Virus record (IMG/VR): IMGVR_UViG_3300025141_014981
Location: 12,290-76,289 of that record
DNA length: 64,000 nt
Origin: a virus
Reading direction: 5' to 3' (one strand)
In this document: in pieces, positions 22,117 through 33,102 of the stretch
Layout: every line of letters starts with the position of its first letter
Position numbering within the stretch: the first letter of the stretch is position 1
Made by a program: the position numbers and the translations under genes
Notes under the pieces: generated by a model
The model's database searches: none
Seen by the model: only the letters and a program-made list of their open reading frames with translations
Told to the model about the DNA's origin: nothing

Positions 22117-22145
22117 ATTATAATACATAATTGATGTATGTTTCA
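22117..22145 (-). promoter_or_regulatory. TGAAAC-N17-TATAAT promoter motif
   Basis: Exact motif and spacing. Confidence 0.65.
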
Positions 22146-22171
22146 ACGGTAGGAAGAATAGTTATAATAAT

Positions 22172-24325
22172 ATGATATTACTAGAAGGTGGAATACCCGG
22201 GCACATGCCTCACCCATATGAGGTATTTGAACCAAAAGATTTACTTGATTTTGTTGATAAGTTATTTTCGGGTGATCTTATAGGTACAGAAAAGGTTGAT
22301 GGTGTAAATATTCTCTTGGGGCTTGATAATGACAAAAAAATAGTTTTTGCACGTAATAAAACAGAAGAACCATTCTCGGTCGTTGGCGAAAAGTTTCATA
22401 CAACACATCCTGCACATGATGCGTTTGCAGCAGCATTAATAGCAACACAAACTGCATTTGCTGCACTAAGCGATGAAGAATTAGAACACTTTACATTATT
22501 ACGTAAAGGGCAACCTAATAACTTCATTAATACAGAAATTCTGTATGGTGAAGTACCAAACTTGATTCCATATAGTAAAGTAAAAAATTATATAGTATTT
22601 CATGGATTTAAAGGAAGAAAAGACACGAGCTATGGTGATCCTATAATTGACTCTGATGTTGATACAACAAAACTTCTTAATAAGTTAACAAATAGACTTG
22701 GTGAACTTGAAATTTCATCAAATGTTGTTAAGTTTTTTGGCGCGCCTGGAGGTGTTATAAAGGAAATTGTACCAGAGAAAAGTAAGTGGCAATTTTCTGG
22801 CCCTGTTAATGTTGATCTTAGTAATATCAAAGATCAACTAGATTCAATTCTTAAAGAGCTAAAGACACATGATGAATATAAAGCGCTTTATAAACATATA
22901 AAAGGTGATATTACATTAACTGATGAACAAAGGCTTGATGTCGGTAAAGAATTAATTGCATTAGCCGGCAGTAAAATGCTAGCAATACTTAAATCTGCAT
23001 TAGCTGATCCGGATGTTAGAATACAAACTGGACACCCAGGAATTGAGGGCGTAGTATTTAAGACGTCTACCGGTGATCTTAAAGATCAATTAATTAAAAT
23101 AACTGGAGATTTTTCTGCGCTTAATCAAGATTCATGGGAATACTTACGAAATACAATTCCATCTGTTAAAAAGCTATTTACAGGTAAAGTATTAGATGAA
23201 GCATTTGGTGTCAAAAATTTAATGTCAATAACAGATGCCTCATTTAAAAAGTATGCTGGTCAAAAACAAACAAAACATTCAATTGCAAGGGCATTTCTTG
23301 CAAATAGATCTAAAAAATATAAAAAGCTTGATTACATGCTTGATCAAGAAGATATAAATGTCTATAATATTTTAGTGCGATATGCAACAACAGCAACAGA
23401 CAGGCTTTCAGAAATTTGGACTGAAATAGAAGAGAATCCTGACAAACTTGGTGAAAAACTTGAACAAACGAAACATTCACTATTAATTTCAGCATATCAA
23501 TTTGAGCAATTTTTAAAAATACTTGATTCATCTGATACTGTTGCTAGTATGTTTTTAAAAATGCTTCAAACATTATTTCCAATCAAGTTTATTAGAAAAA
23601 CTGATGGTGTTGTTGAGTCATTTGATCTCAACGAATATGATTATCCTGTTGGTGATGTTAAAAGAATATCAATTTTTATAGGTAAATTTGATCCTGCACA
23701 TGATGGACATATGCAGATAGTACGTGAAATGTTGCATGAAAGTGATGAAGTAATACTATTCGTTTCTAAAGTCAAAAAATATCTTGATCTAGAAAGAAAG
23801 AAAGAGATACTAAACAAGTATATAAGCGATAGTGGGCACGCTAGCAAAGTTAGAATATTTGATATGGCTACAGGATTTATACCTGACTTACTTAAACAGA
23901 CATTTACTGATGATGAAATACAAGAAACTGAATTTACTGTATGGTCAGGATCTGATCGTGCTTATTTAAAGAATGAACCTGATGATGCTGATGAGAAACG
24001 TAGAGGATTAGAAAGCACGTACAAGAAGCACTTTACACGCTATCATAAAACCGGTAAGCCAAATTGGCAATATAAGGTACCAAAGTTTAGAATATTAATA
24101 CGTGATGATGATTCATTAAAAGATAGTGGCAACATTGATAATTTATTATCATTAAGTAAGATACCTATTAAGATGATGTCCAGTTCTTTACTTAGAGAAT
24201 TAGTCAAGATAGGAACTAAAGATGCATTAAGGTTGTTTTTGAATTCACAACCTACGAAAGATAAGAAATTTATAAAAGGTGTTTGGGATGATCTCAAGCA
24301 TGCTATAGAGGTTAAAGATGGTTGA
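22172..24325 (+). CDS. Ligase-like nucleotidyltransferase fused to a HIGH-type cytidylyltransferase-like domain
   Basis: TEKVDG (motif I), IEGVVFK (IV), IKITG (V); later FIGKFDPAHDGH, GSDR, MSSSLLR. Confidence 0.65.
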   Translation: MILLEGGIPGHMPHPYEVFEPKDLLDFVDKLFSGDLIGTEKVDGVNILLGLDNDKKIVFARNKTEEPFSVVGEKFHTTHPAHDAFAAALIATQTAFAALSDEELEHFTLLRKGQPNNFINTEILYGEVPNLIPYSKVKNYIVFHGFKGRKDTSYGDPIIDSDVDTTKLLNKLTNRLGELEISSNVVKFFGAPGGVIKEIVPEKSKWQFSGPVNVDLSNIKDQLDSILKELKTHDEYKALYKHIKGDITLTDEQRLDVGKELIALAGSKMLAILKSALADPDVRIQTGHPGIEGVVFKTSTGDLKDQLIKITGDFSALNQDSWEYLRNTIPSVKKLFTGKVLDEAFGVKNLMSITDASFKKYAGQKQTKHSIARAFLANRSKKYKKLDYMLDQEDINVYNILVRYATTATDRLSEIWTEIEENPDKLGEKLEQTKHSLLISAYQFEQFLKILDSSDTVASMFLKMLQTLFPIKFIRKTDGVVESFDLNEYDYPVGDVKRISIFIGKFDPAHDGHMQIVREMLHESDEVILFVSKVKKYLDLERKKEILNKYISDSGHASKVRIFDMATGFIPDLLKQTFTDDEIQETEFTVWSGSDRAYLKNEPDDADEKRRGLESTYKKHFTRYHKTGKPNWQYKVPKFRILIRDDDSLKDSGNIDNLLSLSKIPIKMMSSSLLRELVKIGTKDALRLFLNSQPTKDKKFIKGVWDDLKHAIEVKDG

Positions 24326-24660
24326 TAGAGCGCAAATACTAGACGATGTCATAAGAACATTAGCAAGGTTAAGTAATGATGTGCAGTCATGGAAGATATA
24401 TGAAAGACATGATGATATTACACGTGAATTACGCTTTGTTGCAAATTCTATGAAAAATATCAATGCTGATAGGACTTTATTATTAAAGGCATTAGATGCA
24501 CATGCACTTGGCTATACACAACTTGCATACAATTATTTATTTTCAAATAATCCATTGAACACTTCTGAAGAAGATGTTCTCAATGCAAAGTTTCGAAATA
24601 ATGAAACAAACTTAACTGGGCGCTTAGTAGTGTGGCGTAATCAACTCAAGAAAAAGTAAA

Positions 24661-25038
24661 ATGAGATATATAATAGCATTATTAATCGCAATATGTTTAC
24701 TACTGACACCAAGCTATCCATATGCGAAAAAAGAGACTGATGTAAATATTGTAAGCAAGTTACAAAGTGTAGCTAGTACAAGAGATGTATACATGATACA
24801 CATACCTGATGATACACGCCAATCATATGTACGTACACGTGTATCATCTGAGTATAACTATGATGCAATTATATTACAAGATTATACAGATAAGAGGTTA
24901 TATTTAATAGTGTATGATGGGAATGAATATAAGATATTCATGACGCCCATGAACACTGGTGACTTTTATATTATTACTGATGAAGAGGCAGTTACAGAAA
25001 TTATCAACAAGATATTATTGGAAAGAAAAAAACTATGA
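24661..25038 (+). CDS. Hypothetical secreted protein
   Basis: Hydrophobic N-terminal signal peptide. Confidence 0.45.
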   Translation: MRYIIALLIAICLLLTPSYPYAKKETDVNIVSKLQSVASTRDVYMIHIPDDTRQSYVRTRVSSEYNYDAIILQDYTDKRLYLIVYDGNEYKIFMTPMNTGDFYIITDEEAVTEIINKILLERKKL

Positions 25039-25472
25039 CAACAAACGAACTTCGAAAGCATGTTAAAGGTATCCTTAAAGAGATGTTACAAATTGAGCAA
25101 GAGGGTCCCGAAGGGGAAGAAGCACCACCGATGGAGGCTGAACCAGAGCCTGAGCCAGAATCTAACGCAACTGATGAAGAAACAGGTGAAGCACTTTACA
25201 CTATAGAGACAATGATTAAATTATTCAATGCAATAAGATCAGGTTCATCAATGAAAGACGAAAATGTTGTTAAGAGCTTAAATGGGTGGTGGGATAAAGC
25301 AAAGCTTGAAGACCTTAAGAAATTCTTGTCAGCATTAGCTAACGTTGCTCAAATAGTTAGTAAGAGTGAAACAGAAGATTCTTCTGAGCCAGATGTTGAA
25401 CTCGAGTCAGAGCCAATAACTGACGAAATTCCTGATGAAGGGGAAGAAGCACCTGATATTGAGGGTACCTAA
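25035..25472 (+). CDS. Acidic hypothetical protein with LRKHVKGILKE leader
   Basis: 145 aa with E/P/D-rich tails. Confidence 0.5.
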   Translation: MTTNELRKHVKGILKEMLQIEQEGPEGEEAPPMEAEPEPEPESNATDEETGEALYTIETMIKLFNAIRSGSSMKDENVVKSLNGWWDKAKLEDLKKFLSALANVAQIVSKSETEDSSEPDVELESEPITDEIPDEGEEAPDIEGT

Positions 25473-26329
25473 TTATCAAGTAAAATCATATTCAATACTT
25501 TTACAAGCTCTCTAATCGACTTAAATATGTTGTAACGCTCATATAACTTATATCTTATCTCAGCAGGTCCAGAATTTTCAAAGTCAGTATCAAGGGTGCC
25601 TCTTCTAACATCTTTTATTCGCTTAGTAACACTTTCTAATGCATTTAAGTCTACTTCTAGCTTTTTCTTTAACATATGCAACCTATTACATAACACTAAT
25701 ACTTGCTCATGTCCCCCGACATTACTGCTTATCTCAGATTTTAACATTTTATAGTCAATTATGTCCATGGACGTGCTCGAAATTATTTTATTAATTTTCA
25801 TTACACACTTACGAACTATGTCCTTTTGAACTCTTATTTCATTTGAGTCATATGTAATCTTGTCAGTTTTCTTTGTCCATCTATTTGTTATAAAATTGTA
25901 GATGTTTATATCAAGTTTAAAGATTTGATCGTTAATATCATTAACATAGAAATTAATAGGGTGTTGACCAATAAAACGCTTGCCATTGACACTTTGTAAA
26001 AAGCTTGCCAAGTACTTATTAGCAGCTACCCTATTATTCACTTGTAAGCTTTTTACAAGTTTGTCATAATCAATTACTATACCAACATCAATATCAGAAT
26101 GCTCTGTCCATTGCAGTGTCAAGATACTTCCAACTAGTACTATACCTTCAATTTTTGGAAAAGCTTTAATACTATTAAGGAGTTCTTGTAATGCATTGTT
26201 GATTTGCTTTCTTGAATTATTTGTTAATGTCAAGTCTACATTAAATACATGTTGATCTAGAGATTTTTTAGGTGGGTCTATTATTGATTCAAAGATTTTC
26301 TGTACTATCTTTACTAGTTTGTTCATCAT
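25469..26329 (-). CDS. Pol-beta superfamily nucleotidyltransferase
   Basis: IVLVGS....WTEHSDIDV (GS..DxD), HPINFYV. Confidence 0.7.
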   Translation of the reverse strand: MMNKLVKIVQKIFESIIDPPKKSLDQHVFNVDLTLTNNSRKQINNALQELLNSIKAFPKIEGIVLVGSILTLQWTEHSDIDVGIVIDYDKLVKSLQVNNRVAANKYLASFLQSVNGKRFIGQHPINFYVNDINDQIFKLDINIYNFITNRWTKKTDKITYDSNEIRVQKDIVRKCVMKINKIISSTSMDIIDYKMLKSEISSNVGGHEQVLVLCNRLHMLKKKLEVDLNALESVTKRIKDVRRGTLDTDFENSGPAEIRYKLYERYNIFKSIRELVKVLNMILLDN

Positions 26330-27512
26330 TTAGATTTAGCAATTTGAGCACATTATTTATTTTTGTTCTTTTTAATGCGCTCAATATAAAACTATATAAA
26401 TTTTCTGTATCTTTACCAAACAACTTAAAGAGAAAGGAAGAAATATTTTTATATTTACTCAAAACATGTGCAGCATATTCTTTTCTATTGTCAATATGTT
26501 GTACATCGTTGATTGCGTCTTGAATACTGTCAACTAGCATGTCAATACCATTTTCAATATTGTCAAACATTGCTTTTGATTCTTCAAAGTATGTCTCTAT
26601 TTCTTCTCGTTCGCCTTCTAACCATAATGGTACTAAGTTTTTATATTGCAATTGCCCTATTAATCTATGACGCTTCAAATATGTTTCTTTCTTTATTTTA
26701 ATACGCTTGTTAGTGCCTCGTTGCCTCACTACAAAACCTTCAAAGTCATCTTGAAATGTATCCATCATTTTAGAGATGCTATCATAATCTGCTTTTACAT
26801 CAAATATTCTAGGGCGTTTTGCATTTATTTTTTTGGCTAATTTATTTAGCTCTGCTTCACTAAGCTCATCTAGTGTTTCTAAATCACGTGCACCTATTAG
26901 GTATAAGCCAAGCTCTTCACGGGTATATTGTGTAACAACAGGTCGTTCTGACAAAATTGCTTCGAAGATCAAAGTGTAGTTGTATACATCACTAGATAGT
27001 GATAGCTTTTTTACATATTCACCGATCTCTTTTAGCAAGCTAACTCTACCACCAGTAAAGAGGTTTATAACGACATTAAGGTCGACATCTGATGATGACA
27101 GCATCTTGCGTGTGTGCCAAATTGGTTTGTTATTTTGATCACGTAAAAATGCTAAACCAACAAGTGTGCCGTCCATTTTTTCTATGATATCACTACTTGC
27201 TAAGTCAATAGGTTCAGCTTCTTTTTCTCCTAGATTGAAAAATCTAATAAATGGAAAGCTTACAATATTACCATGTTTGTCTATTACAAGACCACGCGTT
27301 AATCTGTTTAAGTCATTTCTATCACCAAACTGGTTATAGTTCAAGACAATGTAATCACCTTTATATTTAACATCAATCGACTTTTCTTCTAACCATTCTT
27401 CATCATTGGTTAGCACTTTGTCAATTACTACTTGTAGCTTATTTTTAAGTTCAGAATTCTTATTCTCTAGAAGAATAGATTTCTTTATATAACTGTGTAA
27501 TGCATCTTGCAT
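26289..27512 (-). CDS. T4 Rnl1-like RNA ligase
   Basis: RGLV...FPFIRFFNLGE, EKMDGTL, TLIFE, FEGFVV, RIKIKKETY. Confidence 0.85.
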   Translation of the reverse strand: MQDALHSYIKKSILLENKNSELKNKLQVVIDKVLTNDEEWLEEKSIDVKYKGDYIVLNYNQFGDRNDLNRLTRGLVIDKHGNIVSFPFIRFFNLGEKEAEPIDLASSDIIEKMDGTLVGLAFLRDQNNKPIWHTRKMLSSSDVDLNVVINLFTGGRVSLLKEIGEYVKKLSLSSDVYNYTLIFEAILSERPVVTQYTREELGLYLIGARDLETLDELSEAELNKLAKKINAKRPRIFDVKADYDSISKMMDTFQDDFEGFVVRQRGTNKRIKIKKETYLKRHRLIGQLQYKNLVPLWLEGEREEIETYFEESKAMFDNIENGIDMLVDSIQDAINDVQHIDNRKEYAAHVLSKYKNISSFLFKLFGKDTENLYSFILSALKRTKINNVLKLLNLNDEQTSKDSTENL

Positions 27513-27521
27513 AAATTAACT

Positions 27522-27914
27522 CTATTGATTATTTATTTTTTTTACGTCTTCAATTAATCGTGATTGTCTACTCTTAATAACTGCTTGTTGTGTTTGGATA
27601 CGATCAACTTTGTTATTAAGTCCATCATGTTTATCATTCAAGTCATCTTTAAGGTCTGTCATTTGTTTATTGACATCATTCTTTAAATTTCTGATTGTAC
27701 TCTTAACTTCATCACCACTCTCAGTGATACTATTTTGAATAGTGTCTAGCTTTTCAGTGATACTTACTTGTTGTGCATTATATACGTCTTTATTGACAAA
27801 AGTAGATCCTACATCACTATAATACCATACCATGACACCAGCAACTAAGCTTCCTATAAAAACAAAAAACTTTATCCAGTCAAGCAAGTCGCGATTTTTG
27901 TTGACTAGTGCCAA
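27522..27914 (-). CDS. Single-TM coiled-coil membrane protein
   Basis: N-terminal TM helix then heptad-rich region. Confidence 0.45.
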   Translation of the reverse strand: MALVNKNRDLLDWIKFFVFIGSLVAGVMVWYYSDVGSTFVNKDVYNAQQVSITEKLDTIQNSITESGDEVKSTIRNLKNDVNKQMTDLKDDLNDKHDGLNNKVDRIQTQQAVIKSRQSRLIEDVKKINNQ

Positions 27915-27916
27915 TG

Positions 27917-28687
27917 TTATATTCTTGCATCCTCAATTTGCTTATTGAAGTCGAAAAGTTTTGACTCTGTTTCTAGTAATATTTTCTGTAATTTTATAAT
28001 TGTGTCTTTAGGGGTTCTAAATTCATTTTCTTTTAGAAGTAAAGTATTTCTCCACCATTCAAGTGCCTTTGGTTCTGCTGACTCTTTAATTGTTCTCAAT
28101 GAGACAGCTGCTAGTGTTCCTAAGTCATTAAACATTGTTGCTGACGAACTGGCTGTAGCTAATAGACTCTTTGTTGATGTGCTAATAGCTATGTCGACAA
28201 CATTTTTGTAAGACTCAAATACGTTATTTACATCACCACTTTTTAGTGACTCTGTCATTAATTTACAAGATTTATTTATTTTACCAACTAGTGCCTTCTC
28301 TTTTAATGAAAGTACATTATTTAGTACACTAAATAACCCAAACAGCTCATTGATATGTCCCGTATGCTTCTCTAGAAGTTTTATATTTTGGCGCTTCTTA
28401 ATCTCTGCTTTAAGTTGCTCTTGTACCAGGTCTTTAATATCTTGCTTAGAAAGATTTTCATTTAATGAATTATATGAGTTATCACTAAATGATTTTATAT
28501 TTTTGATATTTGCTACTACATTTTCTACTAGCTTAAGATGCTCATGAATTCGTTTGCTAAAGTTTCTATTAAAAAGCTTTACAAACTCTCTTGAATCTTT
28601 CGCTTCTTCTAATAGAATTATATTAGCTTTTGCTAAACGCTTGACTTTACTATTGGACATATACACTGCCTCCACATTGTTGTACAT
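27917..28687 (-). CDS. Hypothetical helical protein
   Basis: 256-aa ORF. Confidence 0.45.
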   Translation of the reverse strand: MYNNVEAVYMSNSKVKRLAKANIILLEEAKDSREFVKLFNRNFSKRIHEHLKLVENVVANIKNIKSFSDNSYNSLNENLSKQDIKDLVQEQLKAEIKKRQNIKLLEKHTGHINELFGLFSVLNNVLSLKEKALVGKINKSCKLMTESLKSGDVNNVFESYKNVVDIAISTSTKSLLATASSSATMFNDLGTLAAVSLRTIKESAEPKALEWWRNTLLLKENEFRTPKDTIIKLQKILLETESKLFDFNKQIEDARI

Positions 28688-28755
28688 TATATATATTACA
28701 AATATGCGTGATACACAATATAAAATTATAAATAAAAGCGAATGCTTTAAATTAG

Positions 28756-29031
28756 CTAATCTTCGTCTATAAGCATTAGAGCCATGGCTGAATAATTATG
28801 CAAGTCTATAAGAGTATCGCGTAATGTTTCTGATTCGACATTAATAGCACTGTTAGTGATTGTTGTGTAACGCTTGATTTTATCACCTAATCTAATTATG
28901 ACGCCAACTGGTCCATATTCTGAAAATGCGTCCCCATAATCTTTATTTTTCGAGTAAAATAACTCCTTAGCTTCATCATGAATTTTCTGATATTGTTCTA
29001 ATCTTTTCTCAGGTGTTTTGTTTAAGCCCAT
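28756..29031 (-). CDS. DUF1599 / nucleotide-modification-associated domain protein
   Basis: KNKDYGDAF...RLGDKIKR...DTLIDLHNYS. Confidence 0.8.
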   Translation of the reverse strand: MGLNKTPEKRLEQYQKIHDEAKELFYSKNKDYGDAFSEYGPVGVIIRLGDKIKRYTTITNSAINVESETLRDTLIDLHNYSAMALMLIDED

Positions 29032-29156
29032 TAAAGCACCACCAATATTCTGTAATTACACTTATATTCTTCCATCAATTTCTATTGCCTATTAAAGTAG
29101 ATAACTTTTATCATGATACATTATAGTCTCTCAGAGTTGAATGTTCTAAACATACC

Positions 29157-30479
29157 CTATCTGATGTTATCATCTGCATTTTTTGCTCTAATAAACTTGG
29201 CAACTTTTTCTTTTGTTATACTAGGGTCGTTAAACCATAACTCTCGTTGTAGTGAAATTAGCTTACCAATTTCAGGCCCGGGCTTCAAATTGAAGGTTTT
29301 AATCAGGTAACCACCATCAAAGAATATAACAGGTTGCTTACCAAATTCTCTTAGCTTAGTAATTTGATTACGTAACTCTGGCATAATAATGTATAACACA
29401 TCTAGATATTTTAGGCTATTATGCTTTGCTAAAGATGCACCAACCTTCATTACTATATTTTTTGCATTATTTGTCTTTAGTATTTGTATAGCACGTATTA
29501 TTGTTTTGACATGTTTTATGATGTCATTTTTTACCTTTAAAGTTCTTAAGCTGGCATCAATGACTTCTGGATCTAAGTTATGTAGCATGATTATTAACAT
29601 TTCTGTAAATGACAACTTACCATCTTGCTTCTTTAAAAGTTTATTAATGATATCATCTGGAGCATATTCTGGAATAATGAACTCCATTAAATTATTATCA
29701 ACTAGCAACTTGATAGCATGCGGAGCATTTTCGTTAACAATCATTTTTTCAAATTCATCTCTAATGCGTTCTTTAGAGATATTCTTTAGTTCACTTACTT
29801 TCTCTTTTATTGATCGTTCAAGCTCTTTGTCTAGCTTATATTTATAGCGTGATGTAAAGCGAATTGCTCGTAATATTCTGAGCGGGTCTTCTTCAAGGAT
29901 AGCATTTGCTGATCCTGGTGTTCTGATAATACCCTTCTTTATATCATTGAACCCTTTACCAGTTAGATCAAGAACATTGCCTGTTGTTAAATCTTTGACT
30001 AATGAATTAATTGTCAAATCTCTACGCATTACATCTTGATTTATTGTACCAAAAGAAATTTCTGGTTTTCTACTTCCTGGTTCATATACTTCTGTTCTTG
30101 TTACAACTGCTTCTATATCTACACCAGTTAGATCAACATCATTATGTTTTACTCCACGTAAGTCGATCTTTGCAGTTCCAAATTTTGGATATACAACAGG
30201 GTTTGAACCTTGCTTGAAAATACCAAGTCGTTTTGCAAGATACTCTGCAAACCTTATACCACCCTCAGGAAGATCAATTACTATATCTAAATCTTTAGTT
30301 TCTTTCCCCATCACATGGTCACGAACAGCCCCACCTACAAGAAAAACATGTGACTTAAATTCTGATGATGACTTTACTATTTTCTGTAACAGATCAAGTG
30401 CTGAGTCAATTTGCCCTTTTGATGGTTGTATTGATTCAACTATAACTTGTGATATGTACTTTTGCAGTAGTGGTCGCAT
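29157..30479 (-). CDS. cca: Class II CCA-adding tRNA nucleotidyltransferase
   Basis: LVGGAVRD, KDLD, RTEVYEPGSRKP, RRDLTINS, EDPLRILRAIRF, ERIRDE. Confidence 0.88.
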   Translation of the reverse strand: MRPLLQKYISQVIVESIQPSKGQIDSALDLLQKIVKSSSEFKSHVFLVGGAVRDHVMGKETKDLDIVIDLPEGGIRFAEYLAKRLGIFKQGSNPVVYPKFGTAKIDLRGVKHNDVDLTGVDIEAVVTRTEVYEPGSRKPEISFGTINQDVMRRDLTINSLVKDLTTGNVLDLTGKGFNDIKKGIIRTPGSANAILEEDPLRILRAIRFTSRYKYKLDKELERSIKEKVSELKNISKERIRDEFEKMIVNENAPHAIKLLVDNNLMEFIIPEYAPDDIINKLLKKQDGKLSFTEMLIIMLHNLDPEVIDASLRTLKVKNDIIKHVKTIIRAIQILKTNNAKNIVMKVGASLAKHNSLKYLDVLYIIMPELRNQITKLREFGKQPVIFFDGGYLIKTFNLKPGPEIGKLISLQRELWFNDPSITKEKVAKFIRAKNADDNIR

Positions 30480-30499
30480 GATAATATATATGCTATAAT

Positions 30500-31033
30500 T
30501 TAATTGTTGTTCTTTTTCCTTATTCTTGCTATCTTCTTTTTTACTTTTTTAAGCTTGTCATTAGCAAGTTTTTTACTGAGGTTTCCAATTTTATCGAAGA
30601 ATGTTATACCATTAATGTGATCAATTTCATGTTGTAAGCAAACGGCTAGCAAGTCAGATGCTTCAAATTCAATTTCGTTTTCATCAATATCAAGTGCTTT
30701 TATGAATACACTTTTGGCGCGCTTCACATTGACAGTAATCTCTGGGAAGGACAAGCATCCTTCTTTGACGATCAGTTCACCATGTGAATCTACTATTTCT
30801 GGATTAAACAAGACATGTAGTGTTGATTCATCAAACATATAACCAACATCGGCGACTACTATTCGCTTTAATATGTTGACTTGATTCGCAGCAAGGCCTA
30901 TACCCTTGCTTCTATACATTGTTTCTGACATGTCACTTGCAATAGTGACATTATCTCCTGTTATACTAGTGACTATCTCTGCAGGTGTCACCAATACTTT
31001 ACTTGGAAATAGTTCAATTTTTAATTCTGGCAT
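30500..31033 (-). CDS. def: Peptide deformylase
   Basis: GIGLAANQV, EGCLS, QHEIDH. Confidence 0.95.
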   Translation of the reverse strand: MPELKIELFPSKVLVTPAEIVTSITGDNVTIASDMSETMYRSKGIGLAANQVNILKRIVVADVGYMFDESTLHVLFNPEIVDSHGELIVKEGCLSFPEITVNVKRAKSVFIKALDIDENEIEFEASDLLAVCLQHEIDHINGITFFDKIGNLSKKLANDKLKKVKKKIARIRKKNNN

Positions 31034-31559
31034 ATTAACTTCCCTTATTATGCAAGCTCACTATATGGTATGACATATTTTTCAGCTATTAATGTAAAGT
31101 TTTCTCTAAGAGAACTTTGTGCAATATCACGTGTATATAATATATTTCCTGTAAATAAATTGTCAATAGTAAACATGTATACGTTATCTTTACTCACATT
31201 CATTACAACAAGAATTCTTTCTTTATACGTGTTCTCTTGCCATACTTGACCAATTTTAATTTGCAATTGATTCACTACTTGATTGTATTTTACTGTTACT
31301 AATATTGAACATCATTTATTTTATGCTCGTTTTATTTGTTGCTTACAAGACACATATATTATTTGCTTGCAGTAGTTATTACTTTGTGTGTATAGCATAA
31401 CATCATAAGTGTCTATAACATGATGTTTATCTGGTATTTCACCATCGCTAGCCCAACAAGCTGGACAATCTTCACAATATACACTATATTCTAAACCATT
31501 TAGTTTATATCTTTGTGCAAAGTATGGTGCAAAGTCATTACCTTTTGGTGGTCTGTCAA

Positions 31560-32315
31560 TCATTCTTCGTTAAACGTTATTTCACCATGTAACCACTTAT
31601 AGTAATACTGCTTACACTCTTCTTTATGTTCTTCATACCATTGTTTGTCTTTTGGTGTTTCAAAAAATTCTTCTGGTGTTGTTGGGAGCTCATCCCACCC
31701 ACCTTCAAGTGCTATCTCACCATATAAATTTTCTAGCCTTGTTTCAATGATGTCTATCACTTCTGATTTTTCATCAAGAGGTTTATACGTAAATTTTATA
31801 TCATGATACTTACCTGTTAAGTTAGTCAACCAGTGAGATAGTGTTTCATTAATATCACTGGTTGATGATAACTTTCCAATAGCAGGAATATGTAGTGCAT
31901 TAAATTCTTTACTATCTAACAAGTCTTTTATTATACTGCCAACAAAAAATGCTATATCATCATCCAATGTATTCACCTCAATTAAATCTTTAAGGCAGTC
32001 AGCTGGACCAACTGAATATTGTGGTTCAATGATTAGATCGTAATTATTTTCATTATCGATACAACAGTGAAATTTTATATCATGCCAGTGATCATTATAC
32101 TGTGATTCATGATCATTAAACACTTCCTCTGAGATATCTAGGCAAGGATGCGACGTCCAATAAATAATATTATGACCATTACATAAGTGTGTCAACAATG
32201 GAACGAAGACCTCAATGATATCTTTCTCAGAATCATTGAGGTCATCTCTTTTTTTTGTGTTAATTGCTTGAAGTATTTCTAGTAAGTTAATTTTTGGAAA
32301 ATCATTTTTGATCAT
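31560..32315 (-). CDS. Hypothetical protein
   Basis: 251-aa ORF. Confidence 0.45.
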   Translation of the reverse strand: MIKNDFPKINLLEILQAINTKKRDDLNDSEKDIIEVFVPLLTHLCNGHNIIYWTSHPCLDISEEVFNDHESQYNDHWHDIKFHCCIDNENNYDLIIEPQYSVGPADCLKDLIEVNTLDDDIAFFVGSIIKDLLDSKEFNALHIPAIGKLSSTSDINETLSHWLTNLTGKYHDIKFTYKPLDEKSEVIDIIETRLENLYGEIALEGGWDELPTTPEEFFETPKDKQWYEEHKEECKQYYYKWLHGEITFNEE

Positions 32316-33073
32316 TCAGCTTTTCGTTTTCATCAATATCTGAAAATGTCTCGATAGCAATGGATTCGGCATCAATTTTTCCACCATCTTCAATTTCAAA
32401 CTCTTCAAGATCAAGAATGATTTCTTCATTTACAAAAAATGTGGGTTGTTCTTTATCATTTTTGTTTATAGCACCTGTCAACAATAGCTCTTCAAACTCT
32501 TTTGATGATAAGGAGTTGACATCAATCACATCTTCGACTGATAATTCTTGCTTAATGTCATCAGCATGATGATTTGATCTAATCATTCCGATACCAAAGT
32601 GCTTATTAACTAATTTTATTCTATCCTTAAGGGGTCCAAGCATAGCATGTGTTAACTTCTTCTTATTTTCCCAGCTTTCTTTTACAAAGACTAGTTTTGT
32701 GTCTCTCGATATCTCATTAAACGAATATGACAAACCATTGAGTTCTTTAAGCTTAAGAGCTTCTTCTTCAACTACACGCACAGCCATATCATATTGAAGC
32801 TTAATTGACTTTTGCTTGTTAAGCCTAAACTTGTTATTTCTAACAATAGTTCTTTCTAAAGTATTTGTATTTGTCATAGTTATAATTATCTCATTTATAT
32901 GATAGTAACATCATTTATTGAAAATTTACTTGGGCGCCCTCGCCGGCATATTTTCTTTTCTAGATCAACAACAAATGATCCCCATACTGTATCATTTTCA
33001 ACTTTAGTTACTTTGTAAGTTAGTCCCTTTACTTGTATTAATGTTCCTCTATTCATTACTTTCCCTTATTACT

Positions 33074-33102
33074 ATAATAACACCATTGTTATTAATGTTT
33101 CA
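33074..33102 (-). promoter_or_regulatory. TGAAAC-N17-TATTAT promoter motif
   Basis: One -10 mismatch. Confidence 0.55.

Noticed and set aside
7945-30500. Late promoter motif ATANNTA just upstream of several starts
   Set aside because: Cannot be distinguished by eye from the AT-rich background; needs enrichment statistics
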